Positions 37,821 to 49,793 of a stretch of 64,000 nucleotides of DNA are shown here, piece by piece. Positions within the stretch are counted from its first letter, which is position 1, and every line of letters begins with the position of its first letter. Where the stretch lies: contig MU058221.1 in the NCBI GenBank assembly GCA_013265495.1, positions 5,378,066 through 5,442,065 on the forward strand. The letters are read 5' to 3'. The notes below the pieces were generated by a model. It saw only the letters and a program-made list of their open reading frames with translations, was not told the DNA's origin and ran no database searches. A program made the translations under genes and the position numbers. The stretch comes from Vicugna vicugna. Lineage: Eukaryota.

Positions 37821-38699
37821 AGTGATTCAGCCTATGACAGAGGACCGTCAACATTGCCAGGAAATGCAGTATCCGTGGTTTGGGTCCCCCAAGACCTCCC
37901 TGGCACTAACTGATGTTCCCATTTCTGTAACTGCAGCCTCTTGCTCAAGCTTCTCACCTCTAATGGCCTTCCTTTTCAGGTAGGGGAACAAGGCTAGTCC
38001 AGCCTCTCACATAAGCTTTCTGGGCCACAATCCCTAGTTCCCGGCCTGCAGCCATTTCCTCTGAAGTCTTGCCAAGAGAAGCAGGGTCACCACAGGGTTC
38101 AGGACTCCTCCATGTGAGACCAGCCACCATTTTCTTTTGCTCTAATTCCCAGGGGTCCAGCCAAGGTCAGATCCCTTTCTCCCGTTCAGTCCCCCAAACA
38201 CAAAAGCTTTCTCATGCAGTATGGGTTGATGGTACAACTGGCAGAGAGTGAAGGCCCAGTTAGCCAGGCCCTCAAATCACAGAAAAGCTTGTTTATCTTT
38301 CCTAGGGTAAGATGGAATCTACAGAAATGAAAATTCAACGTGCAGATTCGCTTTTCAAAGGGTGACCTTTCCAGAGTTTACATTCTCAATAAATCAACCT
38401 GCTAAATTGTCATTGGTTGCGCTTAAGACAAAATCCTGAAAGATTTGGTCAACATTTTGGCATAAATGACCTTCTGTGTATTTCAGTATTGCCATTTGTA
38501 ATGTGAATAAGCATTTTCTTGAGTGCAGCCCAAAGTTAGCGCCAATTAGAACACCTGCTTGGGAGTTGGCTGAGACAACCATTTTCAGTAAGAGCTGTGA
38601 CCTCTCTGTTACCATCTCCTCCGCTTGGAGGTTATTTTGGTGTCGACTTTGCAAGCTGATCTCTGAACATCCTTTCAGGAAAGTAACATAAAAAACAAG

Positions 38700-39662
38700 C
38701 CACGCATTTCTTATAAAATTAAATATCCACCTATTTTTATGACCCAGAAATTCTACTCCTAAGTACTTTCACCCTAGACAAATCAAACTTATATCCAACC
38801 CCCACCCCCACAAAGACATCTACATAAATATTTGTAGCAGCTTTATTCTTAGTAGCCAAGAGTTGATGAACCCAACTGTCCATCAACAGATGAATGGATA
38901 AACAAATTTTGGAATATACATACAATGGAAAACTCTTCTGCAGTAACAAGGAAGGGATTACCAATACACAGCATAACTGAATCTCACAGACAGATACTAT
39001 GCTGAGTGAAGGAAGACAGACACAAAAAACTATATACTGTATGATCCATTTATATGACCACCTTAGTTCACTTGGGCGGTTATAACTGGGAGACTTACAA
39101 ACAACAGAAATTTATTTCTTTCAGTTCTGGAGGTTGGGAAGTCCAAGATCAAGACACCAGCAGATTCAGTGGCTGGTGAGGGCTTTCTTCCTGGTTTGCG
39201 AAGTGCCATCACCTCACTGTGTCTCACCTTGTGGACTGACAGGGAGGGGGGATGGAACTCTCTGGGATCCCTTTTAGAAGGGCACAAATCCCATTCACGA
39301 GGGCTCCACCCTCATGACCTGATCACTTCCCAAGGGCCCATCTCCTAATACCATCACACTGGGGAAGGGTAGGAGGTTAAGGTTTCAACATACAAATTTT
39401 GGAGGGACACATTCAGTCCATAACAGACACTCGAAACAAGACAAAACCAATCTATGGTGATAGAAGTCAGAAGAGTTGGGACTGATTGGGAAAGAGCAAG
39501 AAGGCACTTTCCAGGTGATAGAAAGTGATAGAAATATTTTATGTCTTGATTGGTATAGTGAGTCCACCTTGTATACATTTGTCAAAACTCATCAAACTCT
39601 ATAGGTTTGATGTGAGTATTTTACTGTATATAAATTACACTTCAATAAAAGTATTTCTTAAA
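38700..39662 (+). mobile_element. Old L1 (L1ME/MD-like) 3' end interrupted by MLT1A
   Basis: tatgacccagaaattctactcct...tccatcaacagatgaatggataaacaaa...tatacatttgtcaaaactcatcaaact...cttcaataaaa. Confidence 0.75.
39058..39425 (-). mobile_element. MLT1A-like LTR
   Basis: acaacagaaatttattt...gaagtccaagatcaag...ctcctaataccatcaca...cattcagtccataaca. Confidence 0.85.
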
Positions 39663-40044
39663 AATCAAGCTATTTCCTCAAATGGTCTAAGAGCAAACTT
39701 AGGAGATCTGTGTCCTGAATGTTCCTGGAGGACATCAATGACCTTCAAGCTAGACAGATGGGTTGGGAACACATGGTCAGCAGCCAACTGGCAACATTTC
39801 CATTTTGTATCATCAGTTAATCCTTTATGAAAGGATTTTCTGAAAATGGGGGATGAGGCCCATCCAGTTAGGTTCTTAGAATAATTTTGCAAGTGGATCT
39901 CATGTTTTGCTCAGTAAACTCAAAATGGCATTACTGCTGACTGTTATGTCAAGATTCCCTGATGCTCCCTTGCTGAGGAGTGGGGCTTGTCCAAGATCAC
40001 TCAGACCTGGGGTCTGAAGAAACAGCCCTGGGAGAACCATGAGC

Positions 40045-40312
40045 TTCTTTCTTCCTTCCTTCCTGCCTGCCTGCCTGCCTGCCTGTCTGCCTGCCTTTTC
40101 CTCCTTTCCTTCTTTCTTCCTTCCTTCCTTTCTTCCTTCCTTCCTTTCTTTCTTTCTCTCTTTCTCTCTTTCTTTCTCTTTCTTTCTCTTTCTTTCTTTC
40201 TTCTTTCTTTCTTCCTTTCTTCCTTTCTTTCTCTCTTTCTTCCTTTCTTTCTTTCTCTCTTCCTTCCTTCCTCCCTCCCTCCCTCTCTTTCTTTCTTTCT
40301 TTCTTTTTTTTT
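40045..40312. repeat. Compound polypyrimidine microsatellite (CCTG/CCTT/CTTT)n
   Basis: Seen directly in the sequence. Confidence 0.95.
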
Positions 40313-42029
40313 GTGCTTAAATCTGTGTGTTTATTTCAGTCTTGCTCATGAACCATGAGTTTCTGAAGGTGCCACAGAGTTGGAGGACCCCGTTAGCCGG
40401 GGTGGTGCAAAGAGCTCTGGATTGGGGGTCAGGATGCCTGGAGTGAGACTTTTCTCTTCCAATAACTTACACTGACCAATAAATCCATCTGGGACTCTGT
40501 CAACACTCGACCGAAGAGAAACAGTGCTGTGACCTTGACTAAAGCATTTGTTAGCTCTCCTCCGATCTTTCCAAGGCCTTGGGCTCCTAGAACAGGATGT
40601 TCGTTATGACACTCCCTTGACCCAAATCCTTTATAATCCCTATGCTAGTGTCACTGCCAGGAAAGGCGCAAATCTCCCCTGGGCTGAGCGCCTTGCTTTG
40701 CTTGATGGGGCCTGAGACTGACGCAGGCCAGGAGTTTTCTCCCATGTGCTCAATAGGGCAAATTCCTTTAGCACAGAGCTATACTGAAAAAACAACATTC
40801 TAAGAAAAACCAGTGTATGAGCTGCAAAGGAAGCTGGAAAGCCCTTGCTCTCCTTTTTTTTTTTTTTTTGTCACATGGTCTGGAATGTGCTTCCCTTCCC
40901 ACCCTGCAGAGGTAGGGAGCCCTCCCAGTCAGGGGGAACGGTCGCTGGGTGCTGTTGGTTGCCAGGTGGTCGCAGCCAATCTCCTGTTCACTCGGCCTCC
41001 TGGGGTGATGGCGTACAATGAGCTTCAAGGGCTTGGCTAAGGGAGAGCGCCCTTCATTCTTTTCTCTCCCTGCCACCATCTTCTTGGTCTCCTCCAGAAC
41101 GCTTGCCTGAGTACCCTCATAACACATGCACACACAAGAGCATGTATACACAACCACAGCTCCACACCACGTCTGTGGCACACAGCATAGAAACACAAAC
41201 ACACCACACACCACACACAGACCATCCTTAAATACACATCATACACACACAGTGCGTATCTAGACACCAAACACACACACACTCAACTATTGTCAACTAT
41301 TGTTCTGGACAGGACCTGAGTCAGCACCGGTCCTCCCATAGCCTCCAGTGCTTCTCAAAGCCCAGGTCACAGGGAAACGTCACCAAGGGCTGAATGCCCG
41401 TCTCCCCATCTTGACCATGAATAATTTGCTGACACCCACGGATGACGCTGTTTTAGGAGCAGACAAGCAGTCTTTCCAATCGTTCAGCCCAGTCCCTCCA
41501 GTTCTGTGCCATCCTGCCTTTGACAGCGGTCTCTGGTCACTCCAGGGAAGTCACTGGTGGGATAAACAAGGCGCACGGCTAGAGTGCACCTCGGTGGTAT
41601 CACTGCCTGTTAAGCAGTGAAATAATTCTGTGCCAGTCGGTGAACTCCTGCTGTCCTAAGACCCCAGCAGTTCTGGCCCCTCTCCCGGGCCTCCCTAGAC
41701 TCAGCAACTAAAGCATTAACGCTTCGCACCTTAAGGGAACCCCAGATTCTGTTCCCTCGGTTGTGATCAGCTAGAGTCCGTGATGTGTCTGTTACTCGTA
41801 TTTTAACTGTCATTCCTGTCGTCAGGGAAAGGGTGAAATGTAGCTTTGCCTGCTTTGAGGTCTTTTATGATTGTCAAACATACATGTTGTCTTCATTCAA
41901 ACGAACAAACATGCTGTCTTCATAAGGAGTAAGCCCTTCTCTGTGTATGGGGCCATCCTTAGGTGCTCAGCAGGATACGGCCCCGTGGGAGCCTCTTTGA
42001 CAAATCCTCCTCGTGCGCACCTGTGACCT

Positions 42030-42210
42030 CTTTTTGTTTGTTTTTTGAAGCACTTTCTGGCACTGCAAGATGCTCCAGGCTCATCTTATAAATTCCCTGC
42101 CCCAGTCCTAGAACCAGTCTTTCCCCCAAGAAGCCTCAGTTTCTTTCACTAGAAAATGGGATTAGAAACCAAGATCTACGCACTAGGTGTGCGCGTTCCG
42201 ACTGCAGTAA
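42030..42210 (-). mobile_element. L1MD/MC-like 3' UTR fragment
   Basis: ttctggcactgcaagatgctccaggctcatctt...ccctgccccag...attagaaaccaagatct. Confidence 0.6.
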
Positions 42211-43691
42211 TAAAGTCGGTGAAATAAACTCAGCAGCCACGTGGGCAGACAAGGAGGCCCAGCAGCAGGAGAGTCCATTTCAGAAGGTGGGCCCCGCCCT
42301 GACCCCCTCTCAGGCTTCCTGCTGAGTGGCCAGCGGGCTGGGGGAAGAGGAAGGGTCCCTCTCCTTGCCTCTAGACTCCAGGGCTAATCCAGGTGGTCCG
42401 GCTCAGGGCCTGGAAGCCCCTAGCTCCCACTGGATCTTGTGTCCCAGGTCAGAGCAGGGAATCTTGATAATATGCAACACAAACTTCTCCGACTGATAAA
42501 AGACAACCGGAAGTGTCAGAATGTGACTTGCCCTGAGGCAGGATAAGGGACACTGACGGTCATTTACCCTCAGTCCCAAGTACAGGACCAATGGCTCACT
42601 GTCAGGGTGAAGTCCAAATGGGAATGTCCAAAGAGCTGAAGCACGTACCTCAAAGAGTTCAGGAAAATGATACAGGGCACTTCAAGGGAGAACGAGGAGC
42701 TGGCCTACTGAGCTGACCAGAATGGGAGAACGAGGAAAGATGGGAGCCATGAGTGTTACAGGACAAAGGGGAAGTGTGGATGGACTTGATGACTCGAGCC
42801 AACACTCAGCAGAATTTGTACCCTTTCTACTGTGTACAGTGACAAGGGTGGGGCGACCGCTCTTCTAACCCCATATAAATGACATAACTGAGGCAGCCAG
42901 TAACTTTTCCTGGTTACTCATGCCTTTCTCAATGAACGCAGGACATTAGAGCAGACATAGCAAATGCAGTGTAAACCAATCTGCGTGAGTTGATAGCTGT
43001 AGTCTTCCCCTTGGACTTGGACACGGACACTGCCTCAGAATCATTCTCAGCCCTTGACACTGTCCTTACTAATCAAGATAAAACCCTTATTCCATCTCTG
43101 CTTTGCAGCTGCTTACTCATCCCTGTCTACTGCCCTGGTCCTTGACAATCGCGTGGGACCCCTCAAGTCAAATGGCGCCATGTTGGTGAGGGTACTTAGT
43201 ACCTTTTTTTCCCTCTTTCCAATCAATCAAGGGACTTGATGCTGCTGAGCAAGTTTTTAAGTCATTATTCAGTTCCCTCCTCCCTGAAAGGGATGCCCTG
43301 CAAGGAAGACCTCACAGGCTGAGACAGGTAGAGTCTTTGATGGAGATCAAGGGAGAGATCCTAGGAGTGTTTCTTACCCGCGGCCTGACTCAGCGCTGCA
43401 AAGAGAATGTCAGGCTTGTGTTCGCATCTCTAGCTTTTCTGAAACTCAGAGGAAAAGTCACTGTGGGACTATCAATCACACTATGATCTGTTGATCTGAC
43501 TAAAATTTAACTTTGAAATGCCACATGTTTTTCATGCCTGGAAACTCAGCCAAAGTTGATTCTGCTTTGAATTGCATAATTTATTTTAAAATTTCAGTTT
43601 ACCTATCATTTGCTCCAAAAGCCATATGTTAACCCTTGACCCAGAGTACTGAAGTTCTAGAGAAAATGATGAAATGAATGGTACTATCTTT

Positions 43692-43853
43692 TTAAAAAAT
43701 ATTTTATTTATTGTACTATTTATTTTATTTTGGTGAGGGGTAGGGACAGGTAATTAGGTTTTATTCATTTTTAGAGGAGATGTTGGGGATTGAACCCAGG
43801 ACCTTGTGCATGCTAAGCATGCACTCTACCATTTGAGCTATACCTGCCCCCTC
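43692..43853 (-). mobile_element. vic-1-like SINE with a perfect 16-bp TSD
   Basis: TSD gaatggtactatcttt at 43676-43691 and 43854-43869. Confidence 0.92.
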
Positions 43854-44064
43854 GAATGGTACTATCTTTATTAACACACTTAGCACCATGTCTGCAGCAA
43901 AAAAGGTGGTCAACAGATGGTAGCAATCTCCATTCTCCTTCATTATTCTTTTTGACAAACATTTTCAAATTTCATATCTATGCCAGAGGAGTTAGAAGAA
44001 GCAGTTAGCACTCACACTTGTACTTGAGATTCCTGTAGGAAGATTTTTAAAAGACATTGTAATT

Positions 44065-44362
44065 ATTGTCCAAAGTTTCTTAATCTTGGAACTATTGACA
44101 TTTGGGGCATGCCTCTACCCACTAGATGATGGTAGCACCCCCTTCTCAGTTGTGACAACCAAAAATGTCTTCGGGAGGAGGGTATAGCTCAAGTGGTAGA
44201 GTGCACACTTCGCATGCACAAGGTCCTGGGTTCAATCCCCAGGACCAATAAATAAACAAATAATAAACAAAATAAATAAATAAACAAAAATATCTTCAGA
44301 TGCTGCCAAATGTCCCCTGTGGGGAAGGAAGGTGCAAAATTGACCCTGGTTAAGAGCAGCTG
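44065..44362. mobile_element. MER20-like element interrupted by a SINE
   Basis: cagttgtgacaaccaaaaatgtc...[SINE]...agatgctgccaaatgtcccct...caaaattgaccctggttaagagc. Confidence 0.75.
44173..44284 (+). mobile_element. vic-1-like SINE with a 13-bp TSD
   Basis: TSD caaaaat[g/a]tcttc at 44160-44172 and 44285-44297. Confidence 0.9.
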
Positions 44363-45198
44363 ATCATTTTCAAATCCTCTGTATGAACAATAATAGAAGG
44401 AAACAAATCCTATGACTAACCACAACTGCCTTATAGGGAAGAAAATCTTTTATGCTTTTTTGTTCCGCTCCGGTCACCCGATAAGTTTGGACACACACAG
44501 TTCAGCCTGGAGCTGAATCTGTCAACAGGCAGCCGTCCAGAAGTGGTCGTTCCCAGCAGAGGTGCCAGAGAATCCCTGCCAAGGTAGAACACTCAGAAAG
44601 GCTGGATACAATATTTTTTAAACCTTTTTAAAAGCAAGGTTAAAGTAGTGGAAAAGTAAGCAAAACCCTCAGAGTTCTAAGATGAGAAAACCTAAACACG
44701 GAAGTAATCAAACGCTGAAGTCAGAATTCACCCAGAAGTTCCCTGCCAGTCCCTGGGGGCTTCGAGCTTGTGTGCTGTGATGAGGCTCTTGTACTAGGAA
44801 CAGGAGCAAACTCTGGGATCCACGTGGGCTGGGAGGTAGGATTAGAGACCTCCAGCCAGTGCCTCTGAAATGTAACATTTAACCCTCAAAGTTATGTCCA
44901 GACCTTGGCCCTGAGTGAAATGGAAAAAATATTTCTTCTAATAATTCCTGATCATAAGCCTATTTACACTTGTTCTGGGGGCTGGAATTTACACTCCTTA
45001 TGCAACACCAAACTTAAAACTCCAGCAGGCTGGCACGAGACCCAAGTCCTCTGGCCTGGGCTGTCAGCCATGTAGGTACTTGGCCCTGCCCTCCAGCAGG
45101 CTGGCAGCAGCCCCCCACAACCCCTGGGCTGCACAGCCGATCAGATGAAAGGCCTACCACGCTGCCCCTCCCTGCCCCCAAACAGACCTGCAGCTTCC

Positions 45199-45335
45199 GG
45201 GGGAGGGTGTTGCTCAGTATAGAGCGCATGCTTAGCAGGCACAAGGTCCTAGGTTCAATCCCCAGTACCTCCTCTAAAAATAAATACACCAAATTACTTC
45301 CTCCCCTCAAAATAGAAAAAATAATTTAGAAAAAG
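45199..45335 (+). mobile_element. vic-1-like SINE
   Basis: ggggagggtgttgctcagtatagagcgcatgcttagc...ggttcaatccccagtacctcc plus tail. Confidence 0.88.
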
Positions 45336-45339
45336 GGAT

Positions 45340-46205
45340 CAACTTAAAATAATCGTATATAACAACATCATTGTAATTACAAACCCAGAACCTATAATAG
45401 ACACACACACAGGAAAGAGAAAGGAATTCAAACATAATATTATATTAAAGACAGTCAGTAAATCACAGTGAAGAGAGCAAAAGAAAAGAATGGAACAAAA
45501 GAGTAGTATTTTAAAAAGCCAAAACAATGAACAAAATGGTGGTGAGTACACACTTACAAAGGATTGTTTTGCGTGTAAATGGACTAAATGCTCTAATCAC
45601 AGAGACTGGTTGGACACAGTCTCTGTATCTGACACAGAAGCAAGACCCATATACATGCTGCTTCCAAGATTCTCACTTCAGCTCTAAAGACACACACAGA
45701 CTGAAAGTAGGGGGATAGGAGAAGTTACTCCATGCACGTGGAAACAAAAAGAAAGCCGGGTGAACGATATTTATATCAGAAAGAAATAAAGCTTAAAACA
45801 AAGACTGTAAGGAAAGACAAAGAAAAACACTACATGTGCTAAAGGGATTAATCCAACCAGAAGATGTAACAATTGGAAACACACATGCACCAGAAATAGG
45901 AACACCTAAATACATAAAGTTTAACAAACATAAAGGGAGAAATTGAAAGTAACGATACTAGTAGGGAACGAAGCACCTCGCTTAAATCAACGCACAGATC
46001 ATCTAGACAGAAAATCAATAAGGAATAACTGGCCTTAAATGACGAATTAGCCCAGTAGAATTCATAGGTATATACACAAAGAACAGTCTACCAAAGCCAA
46101 AAGAAAACACACTCACTTCAAGTGTGTATGGAGTATTCTTCAGGATAGCTTATATGATAGGCCATAAAGGAAGCCTCAAATTTTAAAAGATTTAAATTAT
46201 ATTAA
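45340..46205 (+). mobile_element. L1 internal fragment (inter-ORF region and ORF2 endonuclease), degenerate
   Basis: tgtaaatggactaaatgctc...caagacccatatacatgctg...aaagacacacacagactgaaagt...agatcatctagacagaaaatcaataagga. Confidence 0.85.
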
Positions 46206-46211
46206 GCATAT

Positions 46212-46460
46212 GTCATTGATGTATAGCTGATTTACAATGTTGTGTTAGTTTCTAGTGCACAGCATAGTGATTCAGTTATGCACGTATGTATTACTTTAAA
46301 AAAGGTTTAATTGAAGTAGTAAGTTTACAATGTCACATCAATTGCTGGTTTACAGCATAATGTTTCGGTCATACGTGTACATACATATATTCCTTTTCAT
46401 ATTTTTTTCATTATAAGTTACTACAAGATACTGAATATATTTCCCTGTGCTCTACAGTAA
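46212..46460 (-). mobile_element. Two stacked L1 3' ends
   Basis: ttgatgtatagctgatttacaatgttgtgttagtttc followed by ttaattgaagtagtaagtttacaatg...ttccctgtgct. Confidence 0.7.
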
Positions 46461-48781
46461 GACCCTCATGTAAGGGAAACTGAGTCACATTCAGGGCATC
46501 CACCACCTCATGCCCACGACAAACCCAACCGTCGCAAATACACAGCTGAGGGCCCAGCACCCAGGGGCAATGATCCTGAAAGCGAGGGGGATGCTTTGAG
46601 GGAAAGTCAGTGTTCAGAATAAAAGGCGTTCAAGTGCACAGCCTTTGATCGTCTGGCTTGGTCAAATCTAAAGGATATTCTCCAGAAAGTTCTCTGTGAG
46701 GGTTGAGATCAGAGTTGCCAGTGGTGGTTCAAATCTACAGGCCTCACGAGGTCGCCACACAGCGGCACTGTGTTGTAGATCGCAGCAGGTCCATAGAGGG
46801 TTCCTCCCATTTCCCACGGCTGCTCTCTGAGATAGCATGGCCACCACTTTAAGAGTGAAGAAAGGGGTTTGGAGAGGCCGGGGGCTTGTCCAACACCACA
46901 GGAGTGGCCTCTGTGCTCCTGGTCCAGTGCTCTTTGCACACAGACTGGACCACGTCGGGGTCAGCAGGGGTGGGAACGTCTGGGGTTCTCTCCTCACTCA
47001 CTCATTCCCAGTGGTGCCCCCTCTCCCTCCCTCCTGGGCAGATCAGCATATGCTTGCCATCCTGCTGGCACGAGACTCACTGGCCTTGAGCTCTCGGCAA
47101 GGAGACTCAAGGCAGCCCCTGTACGAGTTGTCCATCCTTCATCCTGGAAAGAGGCAGGGGAGGCGGAAGTGAGGCTGAGGTACTCCTGGCACAGGGCAAA
47201 GCCGAGGAACCGGGTGGTGGGGCCTGGGCGCCCTATCCCTGCCTTGGGGAGTTTATGGAACTCCTGTTCTGAAGTGTTTAATTAACCAGCAAAAGTGTGC
47301 ATGAAGAATGAAAAGTCAAAGTAAACAGTTGTTCCATTTATACACAGTGAAGGACTTGCAGAAGGGTAAGTTCTGGTTTTTCAACATAATTTCAGGTCTA
47401 AAGTAGAATTGTAACCCTCATTACTGTCCCCAAGTTAAATTCCAGGGCTCCCTTTACCCTAGAACAAAGCTCTGGCTTTCAGACTTCCTGGAGCCACCAT
47501 AATTAATGTCCTCTGTGTAAATTATTTTTCTTTTGTTTAATTTGAGGGCCCCTTCCAGCCTGCCTTTCTCCTTAGACTCAATTCACATTGTGTTAGCTGT
47601 TTTCATCAACACAGTCTCAGGAAATTCTCCCAGGCAGCCTGTGAGATTGGTTTCTTCTCTCGATTTTAGAGATAAGGAAACTGAGGTTTCGAGTCACTAA
47701 GTCACCTGTCCAAGGTCACCAGGCAGTGCCGGCCAGCGTCACACTGACATGTGTGGACATGACGTTGGCCCATCCACTATCAGCCTGTCCTGGTCTTACT
47801 CATAGCATTCTCAACTGTCTCCTTTATATTTTTCTTACAACTCCCCCACAGCCCTGACCACACCTTTTAAGTTATTTAATTTTTCATACGTCTGAGTTTA
47901 TCAATCTGGCTCTCATTTTAAAGAGCTGACCTTCCCCAATGTCCCTTCTCGTCCTCTCAGGACAAGGAGCCGTCACTGATTATACAGGCTCTCTGAGGCT
48001 CTGTTAAGAACTGTCTATCCCCTCTACCTGAAACATTCCTCCCTCTGCCCCAGATACTCCTGCTATAATGGATGGAAGTAGCTATAGATTTTGTTAACTT
48101 AACAGTTTTTCTCCTCCTCAGTCTTCTGGTAATGGTGTTCTTCCTTCTTTTCCTCTGGAGAACTTCCTCTCCCCTGGTCCTAATTCTCAACTGTCCATCG
48201 TGGCTCTCCTCTATTCCCTAGCAACCGAGGAGAGATGTGTGACTGAGGTTCAGCCAATCAGAGGACCTGATCCCTCTGACCATTGTGATTGGTTCAGGAT
48301 GAGCATATGACTCCATCCAATGTCTACAGTTTTTCCCTTTTCAAGTAATGATGCAATGAATGCTCTACTGGTGCTAACATCTTTTTTCATTTGTTCAATT
48401 ATTCCCATAGGATAAATGCCTGGTTTGGAATTGCCGAGTCACGTGTATGTGTGTTTTAAACATTGGCACATTTTGTGAGGTTGCCCCACAGGAAGGTTGG
48501 CCAAAATTTACGCCATCCCAGGAATATGTGTGCGTTGGCTCTGTATGCCCCTGAACACCTGGTGTTGTCAATCTTTAAATGTTTGCTTGTCTGAAAAGTG
48601 AAGGCAGCTGTTGAAATCTGTTCCATCCTGGGCCACTTTTTAAGTCATGGTCTCACAAGTCTGTCCCTAAAGTTACTTACCCCTAACTTTGCTTCTAAAT
48701 CGCTTGCCTGGTCCTTTGTCCAACTTTATTGGTCTGCTTTGTCCTGGTCTCACTCTAGTAGATTGGAAAATGAGTCTTTAT

Positions 48782-49793
48782 TTTTTTGAATTCTTATTTT
48801 TTATTGAAGTGTAGTCCATTTACAATGTTAGTTCCAGGTGTACAGCAAAGTGATTCAGTTATATACATATACATATATGTATGTGCATATCTATACACAT
48901 TCATATATATATATTGAGATTATTTTCCATTACAGTTCATTACAAGAAATTGGATATGGTTCCCTGTGCTATACAGTAGGTCCTTGTTGCTTATCTATTT
49001 TATATATAGTAATATATATCTGTTAATCTCAAACTCCTTATATAGTTCTCTCCTCTCTCCCCTCAGTAACCAGTTTGTTTTCTATGTCCATGAGTCTATT
49101 TTTGGTTTGTAAATAAAATTTATATATATTTATTATTTTATTTATATATATTTAAATATATAATATTATATATATTTATATTATATAAAATTTATTATAT
49201 ATATATTTTTTAGATTCCACATATAAGTAACAGCATATGATGTTTGTCTTTCTCTGTCTGACTTATTTCACTTAATATGATAATCTTTAGGTCCGTCCAT
49301 GTTGCTGCAAATGGCATTATTTCATTCTTTTTTATGGCTGAGTAGTATTCCATTGTGTATATATACCACAACTTCTTTATCCATTCATCTGTCAGTGGAT
49401 ATTTAGGTTGCTTCCATGTCTTGGCTATTGTAAATAGTGCTGCTATGGACAGTGGGGTGCATGTGTCTTTTCGAATTAGAGTTTTCTCTGGATATACACC
49501 CAGGAGTGGGATTGCTGCATCTTATGGTAAGTCTATTTTTAGTTCTTTAAGGAACCTCCATAGTGTCCTCCATAATGGCTGCATCAATTTACATTCCCAC
49601 AAACAGTGTGGGAGGGTTCCCTTTTCTCCACACCCTCTCCTGCATTTACCATTTGTAGACTTTTTATGATGGCCATTCTGACTGGTGTGAGGTGATACCT
49701 CAGTGTAGTTTTGATTTGCATTTCTCTAATGATAGTGATATTGAACATCTTTTCATATGCTTGTTGGCCATCTGGATGAAATGTCTATTTAGG
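48782..49793 (-). mobile_element. 5'-truncated L1 with TSD and internal AT-rich expansion
   Basis: Antisense L1 3' UTR/ORF2 sequence; TSD aaatgag[t/g]ctttat at 48768-48781 and 49794-49807; (TA)-rich tract at ~49111-49212. Confidence 0.9.

Noticed and set aside
39987..40358. Hydrophobic F/L/S-rich ORFs (also 55397-56006)
   Set aside because: Translations of microsatellites, not membrane proteins.
44550..44570. CTCF-like motif CCAGCAGAGGTGCC
   Set aside because: Mismatches at core positions; similar partial matches occur by chance elsewhere in the window.
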